Position numbers and translations under genes: made by a program. Positions 7,266-14,122 of a stretch of DNA of 43,984 nucleotides are shown piece by piece; position 1 is the stretch's first letter; each line of letters begins with the position of its first letter. Source of the stretch: a virus. The DNA is taken from IMG/VR virus record IMGVR_UViG_3300037466_001599; one strand, given 5' to 3'. The notes under the pieces are model-generated. The model was not told where the DNA came from and made no database searches. It saw only the letters and a program-made list of their open reading frames with translations.

Positions 7266-8030
7266 TCATGCGGCCTCCGCGAGCATGTGCCCGATGACCT
7301 CAGCCATCGCGGGCGGGTTGCTGTCGCCTAGGGCCTCGATGCGCTCTCGACGCTCGTGAACCCCTTCGGAACGCCAAGCATCCATTCCGAAAGCGGGGAT
7401 GGTATCCGGGTCCCAATCACCTCGGGCAATTGCTGCCCTCTTGGCTCGCTCAATCGCTTGTGGGAGCGCAGCCCTGGCGACCGCCAGTCGCGACAGGCTG
7501 GTGCTGGCAACCACGTAGCGTCGGCGGCGAAGATACGGCGAACCAAGGTCGTGAGCGCCGAACTCAAAGACGGCGACGTGGCGGCCAGTTCGGCAAAGAT
7601 CGTTAGCGACTTGGGCTTCCCACGCCGAAGCTCCGGGGGGCTGCTCCACGACAAACCATTCTGCGCCGGCAGCGAGCCCGCACCGGAGCATGGCGGGCCA
7701 GAGGCTTTCTCCGGTCCGGTATCCGTGAATTGCAGCGGCAACGCTGGTTGCCTGGCAGGGCGGTCCTCCGAAGGCCACGTCCGCGGAGGGAGGACCATCG
7801 AACGTAAGTACGTCATCGTGGATCGGCACTCCCGGGAAGTTCTGGGCCAGACGCTCGCGGCGCCATGGATTGCTCTCACAGAGCGCGACGGTCCGATGTC
7901 CCGCCCGGTGCATCCCAAGGGCGTGACAGCCGACGCAGGAGAAGAGATCGAGCACGCGAAGCTGGCGCGCCGCAGAAGGCTCTGAGCCGCCAGCGCTTAC
8001 GATCTGGCTCCGGGATGAACTACTTCTCAT
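7266..8030 (-). CDS. DNA (cytosine-5) methyltransferase, compact form
   Basis: Motif I LDLFSCVGC, motif IV GGPPCQ, motif X-like GDSNPPAMAEVIG. The N-terminal 20 aa are encoded by the 47-bp repeat. Confidence 0.85.
   Translation of the reverse strand: MRSSSSRSQIVSAGGSEPSAARQLRVLDLFSCVGCHALGMHRAGHRTVALCESNPWRRERLAQNFPGVPIHDDVLTFDGPPSADVAFGGPPCQATSVAAAIHGYRTGESLWPAMLRCGLAAGAEWFVVEQPPGASAWEAQVANDLCRTGRHVAVFEFGAHDLGSPYLRRRRYVVASTSLSRLAVARAALPQAIERAKRAAIARGDWDPDTIPAFGMDAWRSEGVHERRERIEALGDSNPPAMAEVIGHMLAEAA
7971..8017. repeat. 47-bp inverted repeat, left copy
   Basis: cgcagaaggctctgagccgccagcgcttacgatctggctccgggatg is the exact reverse complement of 14145-14191. Confidence 0.9.
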
Positions 8031-8605
8031 CCCCGCCTCGTGTTCTCAAAGCCCCTGGACTTCAGAGGGGTTCGGGAGCCGTGATTCCGGTGGAAGCCGA
8101 ACCGCGCCTCAGCTTCAGATCGCGCCGCGCTGGCCTGTTCGACGGTGTCGAAGTAGCCGAGATGGTGGAGGCGGCCATCCACGCGGATGCGGGCCACATA
8201 TTGCTTGCGCCTGCCGTAGGCGTACTCGTTGACGCCGATCCGGCCCGTTGCGCTTTTGCGGGTTAACCTGCGGTTCTTCGCGTTCTCGGCGCTGGAGACA
8301 TCGCGGAGGTTTCCGATCCGATTGTCGTCGCGCCCCCCGTTGACGTGATCGATCTGTCCCTCAGGCCATTGGCCGTGGACGTACAGCCACGCGAGACGAT
8401 GCGCCGGATAAAGGTGGCCCAGGACCGCGATGGCGCGATAGCCTCTTGGGCCTACGGTCCCGGCGACTAGGCCTGGATATCGACCATTCCAGTTTCGCCA
8501 CTGGTTGTCGCGACCGAAGTGCGCCCTGCCACGCGTGCGCCAAGTAAAAACTCCGCTGTCTGGATCGTAGTCCAGCAGGTCGCGTAGCGTGCCCGCGTCT
8601 ATCAT
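8027..8605 (-). CDS. HNH (HNH_3-type) endonuclease with AP2-like DNA-binding domain; homing-endonuclease-like
   Basis: AHRLAWLYVHGQWPEGQIDHVNGGRDDNRIGNLR, then an AP2-like segment GVNEYAYGRRKQYVARIRVDGRLHHLGYFDTVEQA. ATG 8605 is ATGA-coupled. Confidence 0.8.
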   Translation of the reverse strand: MIDAGTLRDLLDYDPDSGVFTWRTRGRAHFGRDNQWRNWNGRYPGLVAGTVGPRGYRAIAVLGHLYPAHRLAWLYVHGQWPEGQIDHVNGGRDDNRIGNLRDVSSAENAKNRRLTRKSATGRIGVNEYAYGRRKQYVARIRVDGRLHHLGYFDTVEQASAARSEAEARFGFHRNHGSRTPLKSRGFENTRRG

Positions 8606-8973
8606 GGCCGATACCCCCACGGGTTCACATGAGCCGCGATCTTCCGGCCGGACTTGGGCTTGTGGAGCCCAAGGTGTTTGGCGCGGATCTTGTCGGCCTT
8701 GGCTCCGTCGCTGTTCTCGGCGCCCGTCTTCACGCGATGAGCGGGCCGCCACACGACGTGGATGTTCGTCTCGCGGTGCTCTCCGCCGTCCCGCAGGCGC
8801 TTGATGTGGTCGTAGTCGAACTCGCCTGGTCGTAGCTTCTTGCCGGTGATCCCGCACTTGCCGCCGCAGCGGTCGAAGATGCGCAGCTTCACGCGCTTGG
8901 GGATCTCCTGGTCGGGATGGTCGGCGACCCATTCCTCGACAGCGCGGCGGTTCTCTATGCGGATGAGGCTCAC
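8602..8973 (-). CDS. HNH endonuclease
   Basis: CGGKCG ... DYDHIKRLRDGGEHRETNIHVVWRPAH (CxxC, D-H, N, H). Confidence 0.8.
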   Translation of the reverse strand: MSLIRIENRRAVEEWVADHPDQEIPKRVKLRIFDRCGGKCGITGKKLRPGEFDYDHIKRLRDGGEHRETNIHVVWRPAHRVKTGAENSDGAKADKIRAKHLGLHKPKSGRKIAAHVNPWGYRP

Positions 8974-9416
8974 GCGGCCCGCCGGGAGGGGTTCTTGGCC
9001 GCCTCCCGGTCCCTGGCCGCGTCGTCAAAGTGTTCGATCGTCAGGCCTTCGCGGGCGCACCAGGCTAGGATGTACTCGATCAACTGGCTACATTCGCCCA
9101 CGGTCAGCTTTGACGTCCGCTGCCCGAGCGGGAACATGCCGTCGCCGTCCAACGTGGGGATGAACCGCGCTTCGCGGCCGATGGCATGCAGGAAGATGGC
9201 CTTGTAGACCTCCTTGTCAGCCTTCACGCCGTAGTGGACCGGGCGCTGCTTGATGATCTGGTCGATAAGGCCGTGGAGGGCGTCGTTCTGCTCGTCGCTG
9301 CGCTTGGAAGGGCGCAGCTCCAGCGTCCAGCCGCCCTTGCGCACGGCGCTTTCCACGCCCGCGTGGGCCTTGCCTGCGTTAGCCGGCGTCAGTCGGATGG
9401 TATGGCGCTCCATCAC
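8970..9416 (-). CDS. ninB: NinB/Orf-family recombination mediator
   Basis: RSDEQNDALHGLIDQI and PTLDGDGMFPLGQRTSKLTVGECSQLIEYILAW line up with lambda NinB RSLDQNRKLWACLGDV / PNLAGNGFVVIGQSTSRMRVGEFAELLELIQAF. Confidence 0.8.
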   Translation of the reverse strand: MMERHTIRLTPANAGKAHAGVESAVRKGGWTLELRPSKRSDEQNDALHGLIDQIIKQRPVHYGVKADKEVYKAIFLHAIGREARFIPTLDGDGMFPLGQRTSKLTVGECSQLIEYILAWCAREGLTIEHFDDAARDREAAKNPSRRAA

Positions 9417-10219
9417 GCAGCCACGTCACTTCCGCGCCGGGGAAGCTCCGAAGCACGGATGACACCCACCGCTCCGCGAAAGCCGGCATCGAGTTCGGCC
9501 TCCTGCTCGGCGACGTTGGCCTCGCCGTTCAGTTCCTCGCGGCGCTGTTCGATGCGCTGGCGAATGTCTGGGAGCCAGGCCGCCGGCAGGTGTCCGGTGT
9601 TGCGGTCGAAGTTCTTCTCCCAATGGTCCAGCTCGTTCGCCGTGGCGCGGTCGATGAAATTCTTGATCGACTCCCCAAGGCCCTGACGCTTCGCCTCGAA
9701 CGACGACAGCCGGTTGCTGCCGAGAGGTGGCTCGGGGTCGTAGTTGTCGTCGCCGCTGTCGGCCTTGGGCTCGTCGCTGTCGGCGTGAAGGTCGCCCTTG
9801 TGCCAGAGGTCCAGCGCGGCGCCGAAGCGCATGGCGGCATTGCGGAGCGCGTCGCCGATCGTCTCCTTCACGGCGTCGCCGCCCTGCTTGCCGTCCGGAT
9901 GGCCGAAGCCGTAGCGGGACACGCCGCAGACGGTGAGCTTGATCCACATGCCACCGGGCGCCACCGGAAGGCCGTTCCCGACCGGGTCCGCGACGGGCTC
10001 CCAAGTCCAGTGCGGGTCCACGTCCAGCAGGCGATCCGTCAAGGCCGCGTGACCGACGTAATCCAGATGGACGGCGGGCAGGCCGTGATAGCCGCCGCAC
10101 TCGGCGCACTTCCCTTTCGGCGAGTCCTTCTTGTAGGGCTTCGGAAGCTTGCTGATCTGATGGGCAGGGAAGGGCTCGCGCAGCTTGGCGAGCGGTTCAG
10201 TGTTGCTGGTTGTGGGCAT
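9413..10219 (-). CDS. Rad52/Sak-type single-strand annealing protein
   Basis: N-terminus LREPFPAHQISKLP...CAECGGYHG...HLDYVGHAALTDRLLDVDPHWTWEP resembles Rad52-like phage annealases. It sits next to NinB. Motif-level call only. Confidence 0.6.
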   Translation of the reverse strand: MPTTSNTEPLAKLREPFPAHQISKLPKPYKKDSPKGKCAECGGYHGLPAVHLDYVGHAALTDRLLDVDPHWTWEPVADPVGNGLPVAPGGMWIKLTVCGVSRYGFGHPDGKQGGDAVKETIGDALRNAAMRFGAALDLWHKGDLHADSDEPKADSGDDNYDPEPPLGSNRLSSFEAKRQGLGESIKNFIDRATANELDHWEKNFDRNTGHLPAAWLPDIRQRIEQRREELNGEANVAEQEAELDAGFRGAVGVIRASELPRRGSDVAA

Positions 10220-10391
10220 AGATCATGTCCTCAAGGCACATGGGGCAGACGATCATGTCGGCCGCGTCGTTGAAGTCGCTGGCGCTGCAGTCGCGTCCGC
10301 AGAGGTCGCAGGCCGCAGATGGCGTGGTCTCGCCAGCAGCGCGGGCTACGGGACCCGCGTCGTCGCACGGCTGGCTCTGGGCGGTCATCAA
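10197..10391 (-). CDS. small Cys-rich protein (64 aa)
   Basis: CDLCG...CPMC. ORF track. Confidence 0.5.
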   Translation of the reverse strand: MMTAQSQPCDDAGPVARAAGETTPSAACDLCGRDCSASDFNDAADMIVCPMCLEDMIYAHNQQH

Positions 10392-10576
10392 GCCGACCTC
10401 ACAAGCTGCAACCTGGGCCGATAGACAGGCTTTCGGGTGATGGTGGTTTCCACGACATGCAGGCCCTCGTGCTCGGCGTAGCGCTCACGAACCCAGGCCT
10501 TGGCCATGTCGAGATCCTGGAAGGTGCAGAGGGTCACGCCACGAGCGTTGACCGCCTCGTAGTCCACGCGGGTCAT
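10388..10576 (-). CDS. hypothetical protein (62 aa)
   Basis: ATG 10576 (MTRVDYEAV). The upstream part of the 97-aa ORF is Pro-rich and is better explained by the micro-ORF below. Confidence 0.5.
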   Translation of the reverse strand: MTRVDYEAVNARGVTLCTFQDLDMAKAWVRERYAEHEGLHVVETTITRKPVYRPRLQLVRSA

Positions 10577-10671
10577 CGGATCGTCCCCGTGAAGATTGCT
10601 ACGGCCAGGACAAAGAGGATCGTCCAGCCGAGCGAGTGGAGTTGCTGAAGGATGACGGGGAGGCGGCTCAT
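10573..10671 (-). CDS. candidate 32-aa membrane micro-protein
   Basis: MSRLPVILQQLHSLGWTILFVLAVAIFTGTIR. ATGA overlap with both the upstream stop (10668-10670) and the downstream start (10576). Below the ORF-track cutoff. Confidence 0.3.
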   Translation of the reverse strand: MSRLPVILQQLHSLGWTILFVLAVAIFTGTIR

Positions 10672-10907
10672 GCGGGCTCATCCTCGTTCAAAGACCGCTC
10701 CAGCATCTGCCGAAGGGTGGGTTCCGGGAGACGCCCGCCGAGCGCGTGAAGCTCTTTCAGCAGCGCTGCGATACGGGCGCAGTTGGAGAGCGTGCCTTCA
10801 TGGTAGAGCTTGCCTCTGATCCAGATGCGGCAGCCGTCGAGGCCGGGCGTCACGTCGATCAGCGGAACCGTGTCGAAGGTGATGATGTTGGAGGCGTCGT
10901 CAGCCAT
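10668..10907 (-). CDS. hypothetical protein (79 aa)
   Basis: ORF track, protein-like composition. Confidence 0.6.
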   Translation of the reverse strand: MADDASNIITFDTVPLIDVTPGLDGCRIWIRGKLYHEGTLSNCARIAALLKELHALGGRLPEPTLRQMLERSLNEDEPA

Positions 10908-11154
10908 GACGCAGCCCCACGTTCAGGAACCGGAAGGCCTTCGCGACCGACTTCAGGAGCAGCCAGGAGACGAGGCCGAAGACGCAGGAGCCCGCGAGGA
11001 TCACCGCCAATGCAGCCCAAGGCCCGTTCGCGTTCAGCCACGCGACGTAGGCGGCGAGGAGCGCGTCACGGTGAGCGTTCAGGCTTTCCGCGCGACTGAA
11101 GGCGAAGGCTTCCATCGCCACCCAGGCGAGGAGGGGGAGGAGGGCGCGTCTCAT
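10900..11154 (-). CDS. membrane protein (84 aa, 2-3 hydrophobic segments)
   Basis: LLPLLAWVAMEAFAF and WAALAVILAGSCVFGLVSWLLL. ATGA-coupled. Confidence 0.6.
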   Translation of the reverse strand: MRRALLPLLAWVAMEAFAFSRAESLNAHRDALLAAYVAWLNANGPWAALAVILAGSCVFGLVSWLLLKSVAKAFRFLNVGLRHG

Positions 11155-11483
11155 GACCGGCCCTCGGCTTTGGCGATGGCGGCGTCAGACAGGCGCTCAG
11201 CGTCGCTGATCTTGATGTACCAAGAGGTCGGGCCGAGCTGGACGCCGTTGACGAGGTTGAGCAACCCAGCCGCGCGCAGGACGCGCCATGTCTCAGTCAG
11301 GGCCTCAAGCAGATCAGGCGCGGCCGAGGCTAGGCGAGCGTTAGCCCAATGAGTTGCCTCTTCTTCGGGCTTCGGGTTGCTGATGGTGTAGATCGTCCAG
11401 CCGATCTCGCTGTTGACCACCTTCGGCTCGCCATAGGTCCACACCTCCCAAGGCCCCGGCGTGTGCTTCACGTCAGCCATCAC
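11151..11483 (-). CDS. hypothetical protein (110 aa) with HTPGPWEV...ANARLASAAPDLLEAL motif
   Basis: This motif pair recurs in small phage early proteins of unknown function. Confidence 0.65.
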   Translation of the reverse strand: MMADVKHTPGPWEVWTYGEPKVVNSEIGWTIYTISNPKPEEEATHWANARLASAAPDLLEALTETWRVLRAAGLLNLVNGVQLGPTSWYIKISDAERLSDAAIAKAEGRS

Positions 11484-11710
11484 GCCCGCTCCACCACGTT
11501 CAGCCGGTAAGCCTCCGAATGGTGGCTCGGGCTATGGATGAAGCCGTCCGGCGCATGGCCTTCCAGCGTGGCGATGAATCGGCCGCCTACGGTGACGGTC
11601 GTCGTCTCCCGCCAGGGGAGCATTCCTCCGATGCAGCCGACGCCATGGACGGCTTGCGCCTCCAGGATCGGCTTGGCGTGGTGTAGTTGGATGGAAGTGG
11701 CCGAGGCCAT
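11480..11710 (-). CDS. hypothetical protein; first gene of the leftward early operon
   Basis: ATG 11710 (MASATSIQ). The longer ORF-track form starts on TTG inside an operator. Confidence 0.5.
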   Translation of the reverse strand: MASATSIQLHHAKPILEAQAVHGVGCIGGMLPWRETTTVTVGGRFIATLEGHAPDGFIHSPSHHSEAYRLNVVERA

Positions 11711-11738
11711 CTGCGTGTTCCCGTGCTGTTGGGAACAA

Positions 11739-11789
11739 GTTCGCAAAAACCGAACGGCGCGTCAATAGGAAAGTTCGCACTATACGAAC
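11739..11789. promoter_or_regulatory. left operator pair (two GTTCG-N7-CGAAC palindromes)
   Basis: GTTCGcaaaaacCGAAC at 11739-11755 and GTTCGcactataCGAAC at 11773-11789, between the repressor gene's 3' end and the first leftward gene. Confidence 0.55.
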
Positions 11790-11854
11790 CATGGTTTTAG
11801 CCGCGTTCGATCTTACGCTAACCGCGCGACAGAATCGGTCGTAGGGAAGGGGAC

Positions 11855-12175
11855 TTAGCCGACCTTGGCGGCGGGCGGCGTGAAGGCGACGGGGCCGGCG
11901 AGGCGGGCGGCGCTCTCGCGCATCTCGCGGATCGCGTAGGCGTCGGCCGGCGCCATCAGCAGCTCATAAGGCGCGAGGTGCAGCCAGGCGGCGACCTCGT
12001 CAATCAGATCCTGGGTGTATCGCTGCTTGCCGGTGAAGAGGTCGCTGGCCTGGGCCTTGGACCATCCCAGCTTGTTCACCGCGTCCTTCTGGCGCACCCC
12101 GAGCCGTTCCGCCCACTCGGCCAGATACCAGTGGTGGGAGAGCTGACGCGGCGGCTTCGACTTACGGCGGGCCAT
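11855..12175 (-). CDS. CI-like HTH repressor (106 aa, no S24 peptidase domain)
   Basis: HTH LGVRQKDAVNKLGWSKAQASDLFTG. It sits between two operator clusters and is divergent from a Cro-like gene. Confidence 0.7.
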   Translation of the reverse strand: MARRKSKPPRQLSHHWYLAEWAERLGVRQKDAVNKLGWSKAQASDLFTGKQRYTQDLIDEVAAWLHLAPYELLMAPADAYAIREMRESAARLAGPVAFTPPAAKVG

Positions 12176-12208
12176 GTTCGGATTATCCGCCGAGGGCGCG
12201 GGATAGTC

Positions 12209-12260
12209 GTTCCGTAAAGACCGAACTTACGACTTGACCTGTCGTTCGGAATGTACGAAC
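12209..12260. promoter_or_regulatory. right operator pair / divergent promoter region
   Basis: GTTCGgaatgtaCGAAC at 12244-12260 (perfect) and GTTCCgtaaagacCGAAC at 12209-12226 (18 bp, imperfect). TTGACC at 12234-12239 could be a -35 for rightward transcription. GATAAT lies 6 nt before the repressor ATG on the minus strand. Confidence 0.5.
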
Positions 12261-12487
12261 TTCAGAGCATGAAGATCGCTACGTTCCGGAAGGATGTGCT
12301 GGACGTCTCCCAGGAGGAGTTCGCGCGCCTGGTCGGCCTGAGAAGCAAGAGCCGCGTGAGCGACATCGAGCGGGAGAACCGCTGCTCGCCGCGCGTCGCC
12401 CTCGCCATCGAGCGGCTTTCCAACGGAGCCATCAGTGCAGCGGAGATCAGCCCGGCGGTCGCTCTCGTGCGCGAACAGGCCGCCTAG
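12251..12487 (+). CDS. Cro/CI-type HTH regulator (Cro-like)
   Basis: SQEEFARLVGLRSKSRVSDIE HTH. The start could be the second ATG at 12269 (MKIATF), because ATG 12251 lies inside the operator. Confidence 0.7.
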   Translation: MYELQSMKIATFRKDVLDVSQEEFARLVGLRSKSRVSDIERENRCSPRVALAIERLSNGAISAAEISPAVALVREQAA

Positions 12488-12492
12488 ATGCG

Positions 12493-12687
12493 TCAGGTCT
12501 CGGGGGGCAACGAGGCGACGAGCAGCGGGATCATCGCCCGGATCATGTTCGCGGCCTCGTCCTGCGAAGCTTCGATGGCCCGCCGCTGCGCGGCCGGTCG
12601 CTGCGGCAGCAGAACCCGCACCGTCTCCTCGCTGGCCGCTATCGACGCCAGCTCCCGAATGAAGCGCTCGCCCCGTTTTCTCGGCAT
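12493..12687 (-). CDS. hypothetical protein (64 aa), or the 3' part of a frameshifted gene
   Basis: MPRKRGERFIRELASIAASEETVRVLLPQ... has high GC3 and natural composition. The overlapping + strand ORF 12488..12994 shares the third codon position and looks like its shadow. Confidence 0.45.
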   Translation of the reverse strand: MPRKRGERFIRELASIAASEETVRVLLPQRPAAQRRAIEASQDEAANMIRAMIPLLVASLPPET

Positions 12688-13000
12688 CGTCCTGACGAAC
12701 GCCGCTGCGCACATGCGCAACGCCGAGAACGTCGCGCTGGGCGCCGATAGAAACTGTACGCTTGACGCTGGTTCCACACCCACGCCTCCCCATAAGCATC
12801 CCCTGCTCATGAGCATGCGCGACCTTCGCGCGCGAGGCGAGTGGGTACTTCTCGGCAAGGTTGACGGCCGGAAACCGTCTGCTCTCGGCAACGGTTCCGT
12901 AACCCTCGGTAAGTTGGGCGGTTTTGTCGCGCCTCACCCTGCGGTTGTTGCAAACCTGCAATGTCGAGTTGCGATCCGTTCGGGGGCGGCATGACGCCAT
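12688..13000 (-). other. ambiguous coding segment; possible 5' part of a gene joined to 12493-12687 by a 1-nt frameshift
   Basis: ATG 13000 has GGGGG 5 nt upstream (MASCRPRTDRNSTLQVCNN...AEKYPLASRAKVAHAHEQG). The frame never closes until 12227 and degenerates into Gly/Arg-rich shadow after about 12680. An A4/G4 run (plus strand C4 12671-12674, T4 12676-12679) sits at the frame switch. Confidence 0.3.
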
Positions 13001-13010
13001 GACAGCCCCC

Positions 13011-13238
13011 TCAAGCTTCAATTCGCGCGCATGCCCCGTCGTCTCGATCCACACCGAGACGAGCGCGCGGGCGGGGGCCGGGGTCGATCTCTCCCCCGGT
13101 TCCCGCCAACCCACACCGCTCATTGTACCTGAGCGCGGCGCGCCACAGTGCAAACCGCGTCTCTACATCTTCGCACTCGACCAGGGCCTGCAAGCATCGG
13201 TCGCGTGCAATCCAAGCGTCAGTTCTGCGTCCCTCCAT
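13011..13238 (-). CDS. hypothetical protein (75 aa)
   Basis: ATG 13238 is preceded by GGAGGGACGGAC. Protein-like sequence DAWIARDRCLQALVECEDVETRFALWRAALRYNERCG. Confidence 0.6.
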   Translation of the reverse strand: MEGRRTDAWIARDRCLQALVECEDVETRFALWRAALRYNERCGLAGTGGEIDPGPRPRARLGVDRDDGACARIEA

Positions 13239-13267
13239 GTCCGTCCCTCCGACCTGAGGTCTCCAAC

Positions 13268-13762
13268 ATGACGGTGACCTACATGGAAGTTGACGGCTCC
13301 TTTGGGGAGAAATCCCCCCTATTCCGATTGGATAGGACGCGGGACGGATTGGCCTCCTACTGCGAGGCGAGATGGCCGGTTGGGCGCCGCAAGTCGGTGG
13401 CCAAGGAATGGGACCTGAGCGCGGACGAAGCGCGTTCGGTCTGCGAGGGCTCAGCCTCTCAGGCGACCCTCGACAAGGTGTGGCGGCATTCGCGCGGGGG
13501 TTGGGCGGTCCTCCTCCCGGTCATGGGGGCCGTGATCGGCCAGCCCATACACGAGTTCTTCCGCCAGCAGATCAAACAGGCCGCGCGGGAGCAGGAACTT
13601 GCCCAGGAACACGAACGGCTCGCGAGCGCCGCCTACCGGCGCCTGGCGCGCGGCGCTGATCGCACTGGCGATGACCGGAACACTGCTGCGCCAGCTCGGC
13701 AAGCCGGGAATGGCATTGGAACGCTGGGCGCTGAAGCGGCTCGGCATCTGGGAGGGGAATGA
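13268..13762 (+). CDS. hypothetical protein (164 aa)
   Basis: ATG 13268 (MTVTYMEVDG) after GAGGT. One hydrophobic segment, WAVLLPVMGAVIG. Confidence 0.65.
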   Translation: MTVTYMEVDGSFGEKSPLFRLDRTRDGLASYCEARWPVGRRKSVAKEWDLSADEARSVCEGSASQATLDKVWRHSRGGWAVLLPVMGAVIGQPIHEFFRQQIKQAAREQELAQEHERLASAAYRRLARGADRTGDDRNTAAPARQAGNGIGTLGAEAARHLGGE

Positions 13763-14053
13763 ATGAGCGCGATTGGGCCTGGGGATTGGGTTGAATGCGT
13801 GGAGCGCGAGTCCACATGGGGCGGCCTAGCTGGCGGCTGTGATCGGCTGCGCATTGGGGCGCTCTATCAAGTGCTTGAAGTAAAGCGCGGTCGCTATCCG
13901 GGAGTGCTGTTGGCCGAGGTGCGGTCAATTGGCTTCGGTGGCTTGTTCCACCCGAAGCACTTCCGCCCGATCTACCGGCCGAACGCCGACATCATCGAAC
14001 AACTGAAGCAACCCGCGCCTGAACAGGTGCGCGAGCTCATCACGGCTGACTAA
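13763..14053 (+). CDS. hypothetical protein (96 aa)
   Basis: ORF track. Starts immediately after the upstream stop. Confidence 0.65.
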   Translation: MSAIGPGDWVECVERESTWGGLAGGCDRLRIGALYQVLEVKRGRYPGVLLAEVRSIGFGGLFHPKHFRPIYRPNADIIEQLKQPAPEQVRELITAD

Positions 14054-14122
14054 CCGCCCACCCCACCCACAAGAGGCGGGGAAGCGGGATCGAGAGAACG
14101 GGATTCGAAAGGGGAGGGCGAT

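Noticed and set aside
11183-11190. An additional CGTCAGAC copy, which might extend the attP-motif family
   Set aside because: It lies inside a coding region far from int. 8-mers of this composition are expected to recur by chance in about 88 kb of two-strand sequence.
12184-12192. TTATCCGCC, a 7/9 match to the DnaA box TTATCCACA, in the CI/Cro intergenic region
   Set aside because: It is a single imperfect copy. The same bases read on the other strand give the GATAAT -10-like element for the repressor gene, which is a simpler explanation.
12488-12994. 168-aa plus-strand ORF directly after cro, with very high GC3
   Set aside because: Its third codon positions coincide with those of the minus-strand ORF 12493..12891, so the GC3 signal is shared. 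The plus-strand translation is Ser/Arg/Ala-rich and unnatural, while the minus-strand C-terminal segment looks like real protein.
12227-13153. 308-aa minus-strand ORF spanning the cro-like gene and the antisense cassette
   Set aside because: As a whole it would run antisense through cro and through better-supported ORFs. Only the segment of about 12690-13000 has protein-like composition. That segment is reported separately as ambiguous.
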